A stretch of 64,000 bases of DNA, from the NCBI GenBank assembly GCA_030704615.1, contig CM060734.1, positions 59,892,001 through 59,956,000 on the forward strand. Direction: 5' to 3'. This stretch comes from Takakia lepidozioides (taxonomy: Eukaryota > Plantae > Bryophyta). The translations under genes were made by a program, and so were the position numbers. Positions within the stretch are counted from its first letter, which is position 1, and the number at the start of each line of letters is the position of its first letter. The notes under the pieces were generated by a model, which was given only the letters and a program-made list of their open reading frames with translations, ran no database searches and had not been told where the DNA came from. This document shows, one piece after another, positions 13,901 through 24,392 of the stretch.

Positions 13901-14504
13901 CGAATAGGATATCGCCATCAAAAGTCTCCGGCAAGAACTTCACAGGCACCTGCTTCAAAGATTCCCAATCAATTCCCCGCAACTCACTTTTGAATCCAGC
14001 CATTCCTCCCATCGCCCGCAATTTTGGAATGACACTACAAATCTCTTCTTCATCAGCTTCTGCAACCACAGTAGGAAGGACTGGATTTGGAATTTCACTT
14101 ATGTCATCATCGGAAGAATCCGAAAGCTCAACGATTGGAGTGGAGGAAGTCTGTTCTTTTTTCACCACCACCTCCCTCTTGTCTTCAACGACCGAAGCAG
14201 CAGTCCCGGGCGTCACATATGACCCAAGGGACTTTCGCCGAGGCTCTCCAAGTACTCTGTATCGACCAGGACGCACTCTCCACTGGCTGATATGAGCCGT
14301 CTCATCACGGTTTTGGAAAGAATATTTCACCAACTTCCCTTTCAGATCGTAAACCTCTTTCTCCAAAAAGATGGAGCCATTCTGCAGCTGAAAACGGGTA
14401 GCCAAGACATGTTCCAGAACAATTGCAAATCCATTGTCAAGGACTTCCTGGGAGAACGGCACTGGTTTGTCGTCTGAGAAGAACTCCGCTTCAGAGGAAG
14501 CCAT
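10989..14504 (-). CDS. MULE/Mutator DDE transposase with N-terminal GCM/WRKY-like Zn domain and C-terminal SWIM finger; exons 14504-12492 and 12374-10989 (~1132 aa)
   Basis: Motifs MFDHV (D1), FMADSAQANFNAIRIVFG (D2), CLFH (CxxH), CNLAETVH (E) and CTCPDF...CKHL (SWIM). A GT-AG intron at 12375-12491 joins the two long ORFs in phase 0 with no disablements. Confidence 0.9.
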
Positions 14505-15359
14505 CTTCCTTCCTCGAGTATGTTTGTACCTTGCTATCGCAGATCTAGTGTAAATCGGTTTACTGCTGTCTCCAGAACACAGTTGAAGAATGAGCAGAGC
14601 ATATGGCGGAGGAAGCTCAGATAACGACTGTGCATATTCTGTTATTCATTCCAGATATGCAGCCGTCCATTTTAATTACTTTTCTTGTGGGCCCAGTGGT
14701 CAGAGAATCCATAGGGGCAGTGTCGGCAACTGTTAAACCGTTAATCAGAACCTCATCAATAAACCCAATAACAAAGCCGACTTCCTGGAAGCATGCCACA
14801 GGATCCGAGAATGGGATTGCAGATTAAGTAAATGTATCTATATACTACTACCAATGATCATGCGCACCTGGAAAGTTCCAAATGTGCAACGAATGTGGGG
14901 TTTGGATAACAAGGATGACCGTGTATGATATTCCAAAATTTGTCATCAAACTCTCGTTCATTTATATTTATTTGTTTAAGACTGCGCATCAATTTCTGGG
15001 ATTCGCTGTTCTTTTTAAATATTGAACCAGTTATAATTTAGAACACGCCGTTTTGTTTTGGGCGGCACACGTCAGACATCCATAACTGAATACGAACAGC
15101 TGTACACCAATTGCTGGCATGTGCACTAATATCGAAACGACTATGTGTAACGGTCACGCGGGAGGGAATCCGATGCTTCTAGAGACACGCAAGAACACAG
15201 GCAATCCCGCAAGAAATCGGGAGTCACTGCGTTTTTCTACTTTTCGCGCTTAGAGGGAGAGTGGTAGTCAAGCTGGAGAGGGTTCCTTCTAGAATACGAA
15301 AGAGAAGAAAGTCTCTTTATTTTACTTCCCTTAGAGAGAGACGCAGAGCAAGAGAGAAA

Positions 15360-18300
15360 ATGACGAGGCGTCGTTTGTTGGAGAACACAGGGCCAAGGCA
15401 GCAGGTGAACGCGGAGACTGATTCACAAGAGCAGACGGAGACTGAGGCAGCGGCTGCGACACAGCCGGCGATAAGAGTGCGCCAGCCTGTGGAGGCAGAG
15501 ATGAATCGCAGGGACACTGAAGAAGGTGGAAGCACGCGGAACGCCGAACCTGAAGAAGGTCAAGAAACCCTTGCGCAGACAGAAACTCCAGCAGATGTGA
15601 GAGGGAAGAGGAAAGCTGCAGAAGGGGATCAAAGTTCAAAACCTAAGAAGGTGCCAGTAAGTTTTATCATATAGTCTATGTGATTGCCTTTCAAGGAGTC
15701 CTTCCTCTTCCATTCTTTAGCAGGAACTACTGAATCGCGAGCGTCGTTAACGCCATTCGATTCTGCTCATGAGATTTATGTACCTATGTGTTTGAAGAGA
15801 GAGTCTGCACTTACTATCTCCCTAAACTACACTGAATGTCGTTGCCGCCAATCAGTTGCACATGTATGTCATTACACAACACCGATCCGGCAGGTCGTTA
15901 TCTTTTGTGATTGTCGTTAACGCCGTTCGCTATCGCTCTCGCTTTTGTTTTGAATACGGCAGTCTCGGCTTTGCATGTGTAGATTGTGCTGAATTCTTTC
16001 ACACCATTCATGGTGAGTTTCCTTGATACAGAGTGATTGTCGTTACCGCCATTCACTATTTGCAAATGACTTAGTCAGAACTGAATGGCATCGTGCAGAA
16101 AACTGTGAGGTCGAAGCCTACAGGATCAGAGGGGAAAGGATCTGGAGATGGGGACGAGTCCGCAAAAAGCTCAGAGAATACAGATGAAGCAGATGAATCC
16201 GAAGTGCACTACCTTGACAAGGTGAAAGAACTCATGTCATTCCAGAAGGTAAACTCTCAGGAGGTTATAAGGGACATGCTCGTATCTGGAGGGCGTCTGG
16301 ACATACCTCTGTGCCGGATGATATCAATGCCTGTTGTGCGTCCACCTCTTTCCCATGACATAACAAAATTGGAGAGTGATTTTGTGCATGGATATAGACT
16401 TGGTGCACAAGTTTTTTATGTGTCACTGACGGATATAAATGGGAAAAGCACATTAGTTTCTCCAGAGATCAGTGATAACTGGGATGAGTGCTGGAAAGAT
16501 GCCAATGAGGAGTTCGAGCTGGGCCTCATGATGGGAAAGAACACCCAGCAATTTTGCAACCACATGTTCTACGTCTGGGACGGCAACCACCGATTGCTGG
16601 CATGGATGGGATACATTCAGAAACACCATTCGAAAGACAAAGACAAGCATGTTGCTGTGGAGGCAATGGTTTTGGATCCAGGAAACGACATCGCTAGGCT
16701 TCTTACAGCTATGCACGACGTGAACAAGTAAGTCATCCAGGAGATTTGATTCCCTCTGTAGTGTCTTGTTGATCCTCAAAAAACAGTGTTAAGGAATGCA
16801 ATGTTTTCAATGTTTTTGCAGATCGACAGAGAAATCGCATGTGACAACAAGCTTGGTTCACACACTATTCCGAATTCAGAGGATTGGTCTGATGAAGCTG
16901 GATGATTTTCGGACAGTACTACCACCCAATATCATCAAGAAGTGCGAAACAGGAAGAGCTGCAGGCACTTGGTATTCTTTGACACGAGAGGCGTTTCTGG
17001 AGTACATGTATGCGGTAAGCCCGAGTCTGTAATCTGTTTACTTTTCGAATACATGTTTAGAGTCCCTTCGGAGCTAATCACTACTTGAATGAATGCAGCA
17101 AGAACTGGCAGAGGCAGCTGAGAAGGGAAAATCCGAATATTACCGCACTACACCAGAGGAACTAAGGACATCAAAGGGTGTGGAAGCTGCAATAAAGAAG
17201 GAGTTTGAGATGCGAAGAACCAAATTGATGTCAGCCTTCGGAAAGCAGCTTAGAATAGTAGATCCTGGACTTGGTCCTGAGTTCCTTCAGCAGATCAAAA
17301 CACACTATGACAAGCATGTGCATCCGGAGATGCAGCAGGAGAAATTGCACCGGCTGGCCATATCGATGGTCGACCCACAAACAAAAATAAGGTGGCTGGA
17401 GATATGGAACTCAGATCAAACAGTAAAGGACTTGAATCAGTTCCCAAAGAGCACCATACAGCCTGGCACAAAGGTGGAAGGAATCAGTGATTTGGTGTTT
17501 GATAACTGGCTCCACAAGGCTACATTTTGGAGTCAGGTGTGTATTCGAACATGCTGTTTCTTATCTTCAAGTATGTGATGTGTTTCTTTTTTGCAATTCT
17601 GACAAATATTCTATTTGCAGCTCGAAAAGCGCGCCGTCATTGTGCTGGATCAGACTTTGAAGGACCTGAACATTGCGATTGTTTCCCCTCCCCAAATGTC
17701 ATTGGAGGCATACATAAGGAAGTGGAGAGGTCTCACCTGGAGATACTGTTTTTTCCGGGAGTTCTCCAAAGATGGTAACATTTTACGGTCCAACGACTTT
17801 GACAGTCAGGTTGGAGGAGAGTGGGCCATGATGCGAGTTGTGTACAGGTGAAATGTCATACTTGAAACTCTACTGTTTTTTTGGGAAAAATTGTGGCTTC
17901 ATATGGATTGCAATCTTAGATCCAGATTGAATGTCGTTGACGACATTCACTTCTTTGTCTGAGTCATTCTTAAGCGAGTATATGAATTCACCTGGTTAGG
18001 ATCTAAGGGTGCAATTATATTGTCCCTGATTAGAATTGATAATGTCCTTGAATGGCGTTGACGACATTCACATACGGAGTTGTTGTGTGGTCCTCAAGGT
18101 TATTTAAATTTTTGTAATGTCCATAGAGGATACAATGAGGGTTGATCACTTCATTTTGCTGAATGTCAATGCAGACATTCAGTTGTTCTGCATTGTTTTT
18201 TCCTCTTGCGATGAATATGGAGGCTTCATAAGCTCTGTTTTAAGAAATCCAAAGTGAATGTCGTTGACGACATTCACAGCTGTGTCTGTATTATTAAAAA

Positions 18301-20666
18301 ACGACAAATTCAATTTTCATGGATTGGGGAGCTAAGTAATTGGTTTCTTTTTTGTATTTTTGTGAATGGCGTTGACGCCATTCACATACAGTGATGTTGT
18401 GAGGTCCTCAGTGATAGGTTCGTTATGAATGTGCATTGAGTTTTCCTGGATGGTTCCTTACTCAATTTTTTTATTTCCATCCTGTGATTTTGCTTCATTT
18501 CAGTAATAATTTGGCTTCATTCTTGAATGTCGTTGACGACATTCACTTCTATGTCTGTGTCATTTCTAATCGCTTATTTGCTTTCACCTGGATTAGGATG
18601 TATTTACAGTGTCATGGAATGGAATGTTCTGAATGGCGTTGACGACATTCATATCTGGAGCAGTAGTGTGGTCCTGAAAGGTCCTTGGAGCAGTTGTCAG
18701 AGCCATTTGTATCCATGTTTTATTCTTTCTGTTCTACTTGCATCTTACTCACTGAGCGCTTTTGTGGGTTGGGATTCATCTCCTTTTTTCAGGTACACGA
18801 AATATGTGCTTATGGAAGGAAATCACCTGAGCGGAATTCCCGACTATCTTGACATGTGGTCGGACCCTGCAAACGATCCAACCATGTATACTGCAGGGAT
18901 ATTGAAGGACTGGAGTCCTTCTCACTTCAGAGACTGTGGGTGGTACCTTGACTGCCCACCTGAGCACACGACCTTTCAAGAACAGCATATGAAATACTTG
19001 AACAATAACGCTGAGATGATGGCGCCTTTGACTGACGAAGAGTATCAACGAAACATAGCAACCTTGGCTGCCAAGGAGCCTGATGCTCAGGGAACGCCGC
19101 AGAAGGGAAAGAAGGCGGGCCGCAAACCAAAAGACAAGGCTGTTGATGTCATAGCCATCTCACCAGCAAAGCCAAAGGACAAAGACAAGTCCAAAGAGAA
19201 GGAAAAGGACAAGGGGAAGGAGAATGAAAAGGAGATGGAGAGTGGGCAGGACTTTAGTGCTGGAAGATATACCCGCACTCTTCAGTGCGTGTTCGATGCC
19301 AAGCCACACCCTTCCCGTTCTGATTCAGCAGGAGAGATGAAAATTGTCAATGAGGGTTGGCTTTCGATGATGCAGAGTCGAAAGAGAGGATACACTGGGG
19401 TGCCATCCCCTACCTGGGACAATATAATCTCATTCCTCAATCTGGTGAGAATTCCAGTTTCTTTCCTTTTTCTCTGAATGTTTCGTTGGCAGTATTTCAG
19501 TCTCGTTCTTTGAAAACATTCTTGCCATCGTTCTTATAAAAAACATGTCTGTTGCAGGTGAGCACAGGTCCCACCTTCGTGTGCGGTGTGCAGAAAACTT
19601 ATGCGGCCGACATTGTCATTCTCGACATCCCGGATGGCCAGGCTGTGCCAGAAGTTCTTCCAAAGGGCAAGACGCCAGGGTGGAACAAATTCGAGGACAA
19701 CTACTGGAGTTGGGTATTCGGGTTCTGTAACAATTTCCTCTCTGATGCAGGGACACTTCTGCTTTTTCAGTCATGTGACAATGATAGTCGTCGGGCATTG
19801 GCATCATACCTCAAGTCTTCAGGGTTTGAAGTTTTGCGCACATGGAATTGTGTGAACAGCCTCTACCTTGTGAAAGGGGGTTTCCCTGGTCAGCTGGTAT
19901 GCCGTCTGCCTTCTGTTTATGCTTTGATCATGAGTTTCAATTTTCTCTGCAGCTCCACTCTAGTAGAATGTTTTATGATCGACACCGATCATCAACGATT
20001 CATGGTTTTTTGGTGTCAGAGTTCTGAATAGCCGATGTACACACTTCCACTTTAGATTGTGTTTACCACACTAACCTGCTATCTTTGGCAGACGAGGATG
20101 TTCGAGGCGATCTGCCTGCGGAGGATTCGCACATCAAAGACACCATCCTCCATCCGCAGCTTTGAGATTTCTGACCAGGGTTGTTTCGTCAACCCCCCCT
20201 ATGAGCCCCATGTCGATGACATTTTGTACAACTTCATGCAGTCCAGTCAGACTCTGAAGAGACCAGATGGCACTCCCTGAAGAGGTGCAAAGGAAAAGTC
20301 ACCAGCATTCATGCAAATACTGCTGGAGTCATGCAGCCACCGCTCTGCACGGGTTGTCGATCTTTCTGTGTCCACAGGTTCATTTTCTCCCTTCCGAATT
20401 GGTTTACTTTCAACAGTTTCATCTGCTTAAATCCCCTCCTCCAAACTGTTTATGTTCTCCTGTCTGGTGCAGGAGCAACTTACCACGCATGCAAGGCAGG
20501 CGGAAGAAGCCTTTTTGGTATGGAGGGTGATTCTGACCTCTACAACATAGTGCTCCTCCCTCTTTTGTCTGGCTCCACTTCAGGCACACAGACTGATCGG
20601 ATTCATATTCGAAATGATGACGATCCCGAAGATAAGCAGGTCGACAACGACTTTTCATGTGAGTAA
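15360..20666 (+). CDS. ParB/Srx-like domain + beta-class N6/N4 DNA methyltransferase-like protein; 9 exons (15360-15656, 16099-16727, 16822-17014, 17099-17536, 17621-17847, 18793-19444, 19558-19896, 20092-20377, 20473-20666), ~1084 codons, one in-frame TGA at 20278-20280
   Basis: All introns are GT-AG and phase-compatible (total 3255 nt). The ParB-type motif is FYVWDGNHRLLAW. MTase motifs in beta order are ADIVILDIPDG (IV-like), LSDAGTLLLF, RGAKEKSPAFMQILLESCS and VVDLSVSTG^ATYHACKAGGRSLFGMEGD (motifs X/I/II-like). Confidence 0.8.
17929..18650. repeat. Intronic array of seven 20-bp palindromes GAATG(T/G)CGTTGACG(A/C)CATTC within a ~320-bp higher-order repeat
   Basis: Copies start at 17929, 18050, 18161 (degenerate), 18256, 18364, 18525 and 18631. 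The orthologous array in the outer copy is at ~3699-4465. Confidence 0.9.
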
Positions 20667-21119
20667 GTGCTAAACCCTCTTTGGGAGTCATACTCAATTT
20701 CTCGATAACATCAAAGTTACAGTAATAACTTTTTCAGGCTGTCTTTCAGGAAAGCCAGCGGTGGATCTTCAGGAGATACAGTCATTTTTGGCGAGTCTGT
20801 TTTCGACAGCCCCCTTTCCAATTTTCTGCTCCCTGTTTATGCCGAAGCAATGGCACTTCACGCGTCCGAGTCCCTATCCCCTGACTTTTTAGTGGCCAGC
20901 CGTAGGTGTATCCAGCGTGGATCCGGTGTTCTAAAATACTTAGACTTAGATGCAGAGGAAGAGGGGATACATTGTACTGACTCTGAGTCAGACTGAACGG
21001 TATTCTTTTAATATTCATTTTCATATTATCTGGAAACGTTGAATCCCCTTACTCTACCGTAGTTGTTCCTTTAGAACAAATAATAATCACAGAATCAACT
21101 TTCGTTTAAATTGCTATAT

Positions 21120-21480
21120 GTATGAATCCATCTCACAAACCTTCCTGACTCTTCTCATATCCATTGTGCATTCATCTACACTGTATTCATGCGTGCTCCA
21201 TTCATGAAAGCTTCCTTTGTACAACATCCATTGTACATTCATCCTCTGTACTCTTTAGTCCACCCCACAAACCTTCCACACTCATTTCATATACTTTGTG
21301 CATTCGTCAAAAGATTTGGTCATGCATCTTCCTGTCATGAATTTTTGTCATTGCTCAACATCCATTATACATTCATCCATTTTACTCTTATCCATCCGTC
21401 ATTCATCCATCTACATAGATTTTTCAAACTCATCCATCTGTTTATCATCCAACTGTACATTCATCCATCATTTATTCAAT
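21120..21480 (+). repeat. CATT/CATCCA-rich low-complexity tract near the element end (also at ~2130-2490)
   Basis: Repeated cattcatccat-like units in both copies. Confidence 0.7.
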
Positions 21481-23869
21481 GCCTTTTATTATGTCGTCCA
21501 GCTTGTTTCCGCGGTAAAGGGTGCCAATCCGCGGGAATACACTCCACTTCTTTCTGGGTGCGTGGTGACTCGGCCTCCACGTGTGATGACGTGGACTGAG
21601 ACCCGTGACGTGGCATTTGCGCAAGGTGACGTGGCGTGAGCGCAGTCGCGCAGTCGCGCTCACGCGCTCACGCGCTCACGTGACCAGGCTCACGCCGAGG
21701 CATCCCTGCAGTGGGGAGCAACCATGGCAGTGGTACGAGGCTTATATTTCTTGCTTTATTCATACATTTACTTTCCATTTTATTGTCTCCTCGCTTTCTT
21801 TATGTTGTTTCCTGTTCACTGTTTTGAAGTGTGGTTCTCCACTTTGCAGAACATGTCCATTGAGGAAATGGCGGACATGCCATCTTGCAATTTGGCAGAA
21901 ACTGTGCACAACGCATGGTTGCAGCAGTCTGGGAAACGAGGTCGGGATTTGTATGTGACAACAACAAATGATTTGATACGTGCCTTGCAACAACAAACCC
22001 GATACCGTGATTTCTTGCGAGGTGGGGTTGGTGGCAAGGGTCCGGACAAATGGGAGTTGATGTTGCGTGCTGCAAACAGATCTGGGGATCCAATCAAGAT
22101 AGCACGGGCGGTGAGCATGTATGCCCAGGGAACGCCATTTGTTTCTAGAGTTCCACATTTTGAAGGGGAGGAGAGATTCGGCTCCTGTAAGAGGAAATTG
22201 AACACTCCACCTGGTTCGGATTCCGATTCGCACAGGGCAGACCGTGATAACTTCTCGAAGCCTCGTGTTCCCCTGCATGACAGCTCCATGTTCGGAACCT
22301 CCATTCTAGAGGAACCTCCAATACGACGGCAAGCTCCAGCATCAAACAGTGCCACTGAAATGGTGCAGGAGAGAAACAACCCCCTTGATGTGCTTGAGTC
22401 CGTATGTTCCGACCACGTTTGGCACATAGAACGCACAAGTGCAGGGTCTCGTGTGAAATGTACAGCGATCAGGGCAACTAATTTCGAGAAGTGCACTTCA
22501 TCTATATCCAGAGGTGGTGCCCGAACTCCTGCTCCGACTTTCACGGGTTTGATGCGTCCATATGGTCAACCAAAAGCCAAGAACCACAAGTTCTGGTTCT
22601 GCGCAGATGATTGTGCTAGATGTGTGCATGGAACTGTGCGTCCTTCCGTAGTGATGAAGCCATCTCCTCCAACCGTTTGGCCCGTGAAGGTGGGAACACA
22701 TCTCAGATTTCAGGAGATTGAAATGCTGGAGGAGGCAGACTTTTCCCTTGCGAGACAACCCCAACTCCATGCATGTGCTACTACTTCTGCGTCCTCCCGG
22801 GTCCCCCCGGCAAATCGTGTCTTGTGGCCAACCAAACGAGATGGAAAGCTCGTTCGGCATTTCCCTCCAACCGCTGAACACTTTGGCAAAGTGGAGTCCG
22901 CAAGAATGCTCCAAGCTCGTGTTGGAAGCACCACGTTAGTGCCCGATCTAGGATATGGTCGGGTATTCACAATCATCACTTCCACATCTGCTATTCATGA
23001 TAGGACCTACGACATCACGGTTTCCAATTTCCCCAATTGCACATGTCCTGATTTTGTGAATATGCTATCAACCAGTTTGGGCAAGAGAGGTAAATTCATA
23101 CCCTGCAAATATTTGTATTTCATATTTTTGAAGAGGATGGTTTGCGATCCCAAACGTGACAACTTCATTCACCAGGCCACTATGAGTTTCAACGAGGTCG
23201 ATACTCTATTTGCAACAACACATGGGTAGCATCAACTATGCAATGTGGTATGTGGACGACCATGATTTGAAATGTGTAATTCACATCAATTTGTCGGCGG
23301 TGCAATGATATGGCCGCCAACTATACTGAGTGAGCTCTGAGTGACAACTTTTAAAAGCACATTTGTCATTGCACCGTTCGAAGTTTACATGTCTTGCTGT
23401 CGCTATGCACTACAATCATCTTTTGAAGATGATCATAACTCTCATTGTTATTTGAGGAGGGAGGAAGGTTTTCCCGTGGCAGTCTCTATGGCGCACACTT
23501 TGTGAGGATATTTTCTCGTCCTCGTAATTGTAAAAATGAAACAAGCATTTGTAATTGCACAATGTTGGATGCTACAATTGTAGGCCTCATGGTAGTCTTG
23601 ATTCTATTTAGGCAAGATTCCCTGCATTAATTCCACGGTCATAGGACCATCCTTGGTTATAGGCGGCGCATGTTAATGCTGACGTGGCAGATGACGGACA
23701 ACGCCACGTCATCATTTGCCGCCACATCAGCATGCTGACATGACACTCACGCCACGTCAGCGTGGATGTAGGCTCACGCCACGTCAGCTGGCGTGAGCGT
23801 ACGCTCACGCGCAACGCTCACGCCATTGCGTCGTTGCCAGGTGTTTCCCTTTAATTTTTTTAAAGAAAA

Positions 23870-24392
23870 AACTATACTGATAAGAAATTGGTATCAATAC
23901 TAGTATGTATACGAGTATGAAGTACCAGACCAGTCTGGTATCACCTCAGGCCACTACCTAGCATATACTCGTATTGGCCAGGTATCTGCTTCTTAATACT
24001 GTGGACGAAACCCTAACAATACCATGTTCATGTTTGTGAGGAAAACCTAGGTATCAATACTTTGAGGAACTTGAGGAATACTTTGAAGAATAAAATCAAT
24101 AAGAAGCATGCTTGTACATGTTTATATGAGGAGTGGGCCTTTCAATATTTAACATATCATGAGTTCTTTTGATACCAGACCAGTATTGATAATACCGTGG
24201 TATCGAATTCTAAAAACTCTTGTTATTGATACCCGTTAAACACCACACCAATCAGGTATTATTGATTACACCATGGTATCCAAATCTTAGATTTTTGCCA
24301 ATATCAGTACCTCCCTGTTATCACAATTGGCCGGAGGCCTATATACCAGTACCAGCATGGTGTGTTCAAAATACGATACCAGTCCAACACTA
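23870..24392 (+). mobile_element. hAT-type MITE (GGTAT/ATACC-rich family), left end eroded
   Basis: Ends in ccagtccaacacta. The body is collinear with copies at 40435-41962 (inverted) and ~41971-42410. Confidence 0.7.

Larger units (their letters stand above)
10351..21709 (-). mobile_element. Inner, structurally complete Mutator-superfamily (MULE) transposon, 11.36 kb, two divergent genes
   Basis: The left end GCAACGACGCAATGGCGTGAGC aligns with the reverse complement of the right end GCAGGGATGCCTCGGCGTGAGC (16/22). The flanking direct repeat AGTGGGGA is at 10343-10350 and 21710-21717 (9 bp if the adjacent C is counted). Removing the element restores the outer transposase sequence RQWGA. Confidence 0.92.
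8357..23229 (+). pseudogene. Outer-copy MULE transposase, split by the inner element (8357-10350 and 21710-23229), with frameshifts and stops in exon 1
   Basis: ORFs 8357-9130, 9127-9768, 9952-10410 and 21724-23229 are near-identical to the intact inner transposase. In-frame TAGs lie near 9785 and 9848. The SWIM His is changed (CKYL). Confidence 0.9.
897..23837 (+). mobile_element. Outer (older, rearranged) copy of a Mutator-like transposon carrying a ParB-methyltransferase gene; interrupted by the inner copy; left terminus lost
   Basis: 2515-10350 is the reverse complement of inner-copy ~12500-19818, and 21710-23837 is the reverse complement of 10351-~12500. The right end ...cgccattgcgtcgttgc (23837) matches the inner left terminus. 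897-~2489 is a flipped segment matching inner 19899-~21480. Confidence 0.85.

Noticed and set aside
10989-14504. KDZ/Zisupton transposase (suggested by SWIM and 8-bp TSD) or domesticated FAR1/FHY3 gene
   Set aside because: The core has the MULE signature D...AD.A....A...VF...CxxH...N.AE, and the gene lies within TIRs and a TSD in two copies.
17929-18650. CRISPR array (palindromic repeats with spacers)
   Set aside because: The spacers are 75-140 bp and related to each other as a higher-order repeat, the array is in a spliceosomal intron, and no cas genes are present.
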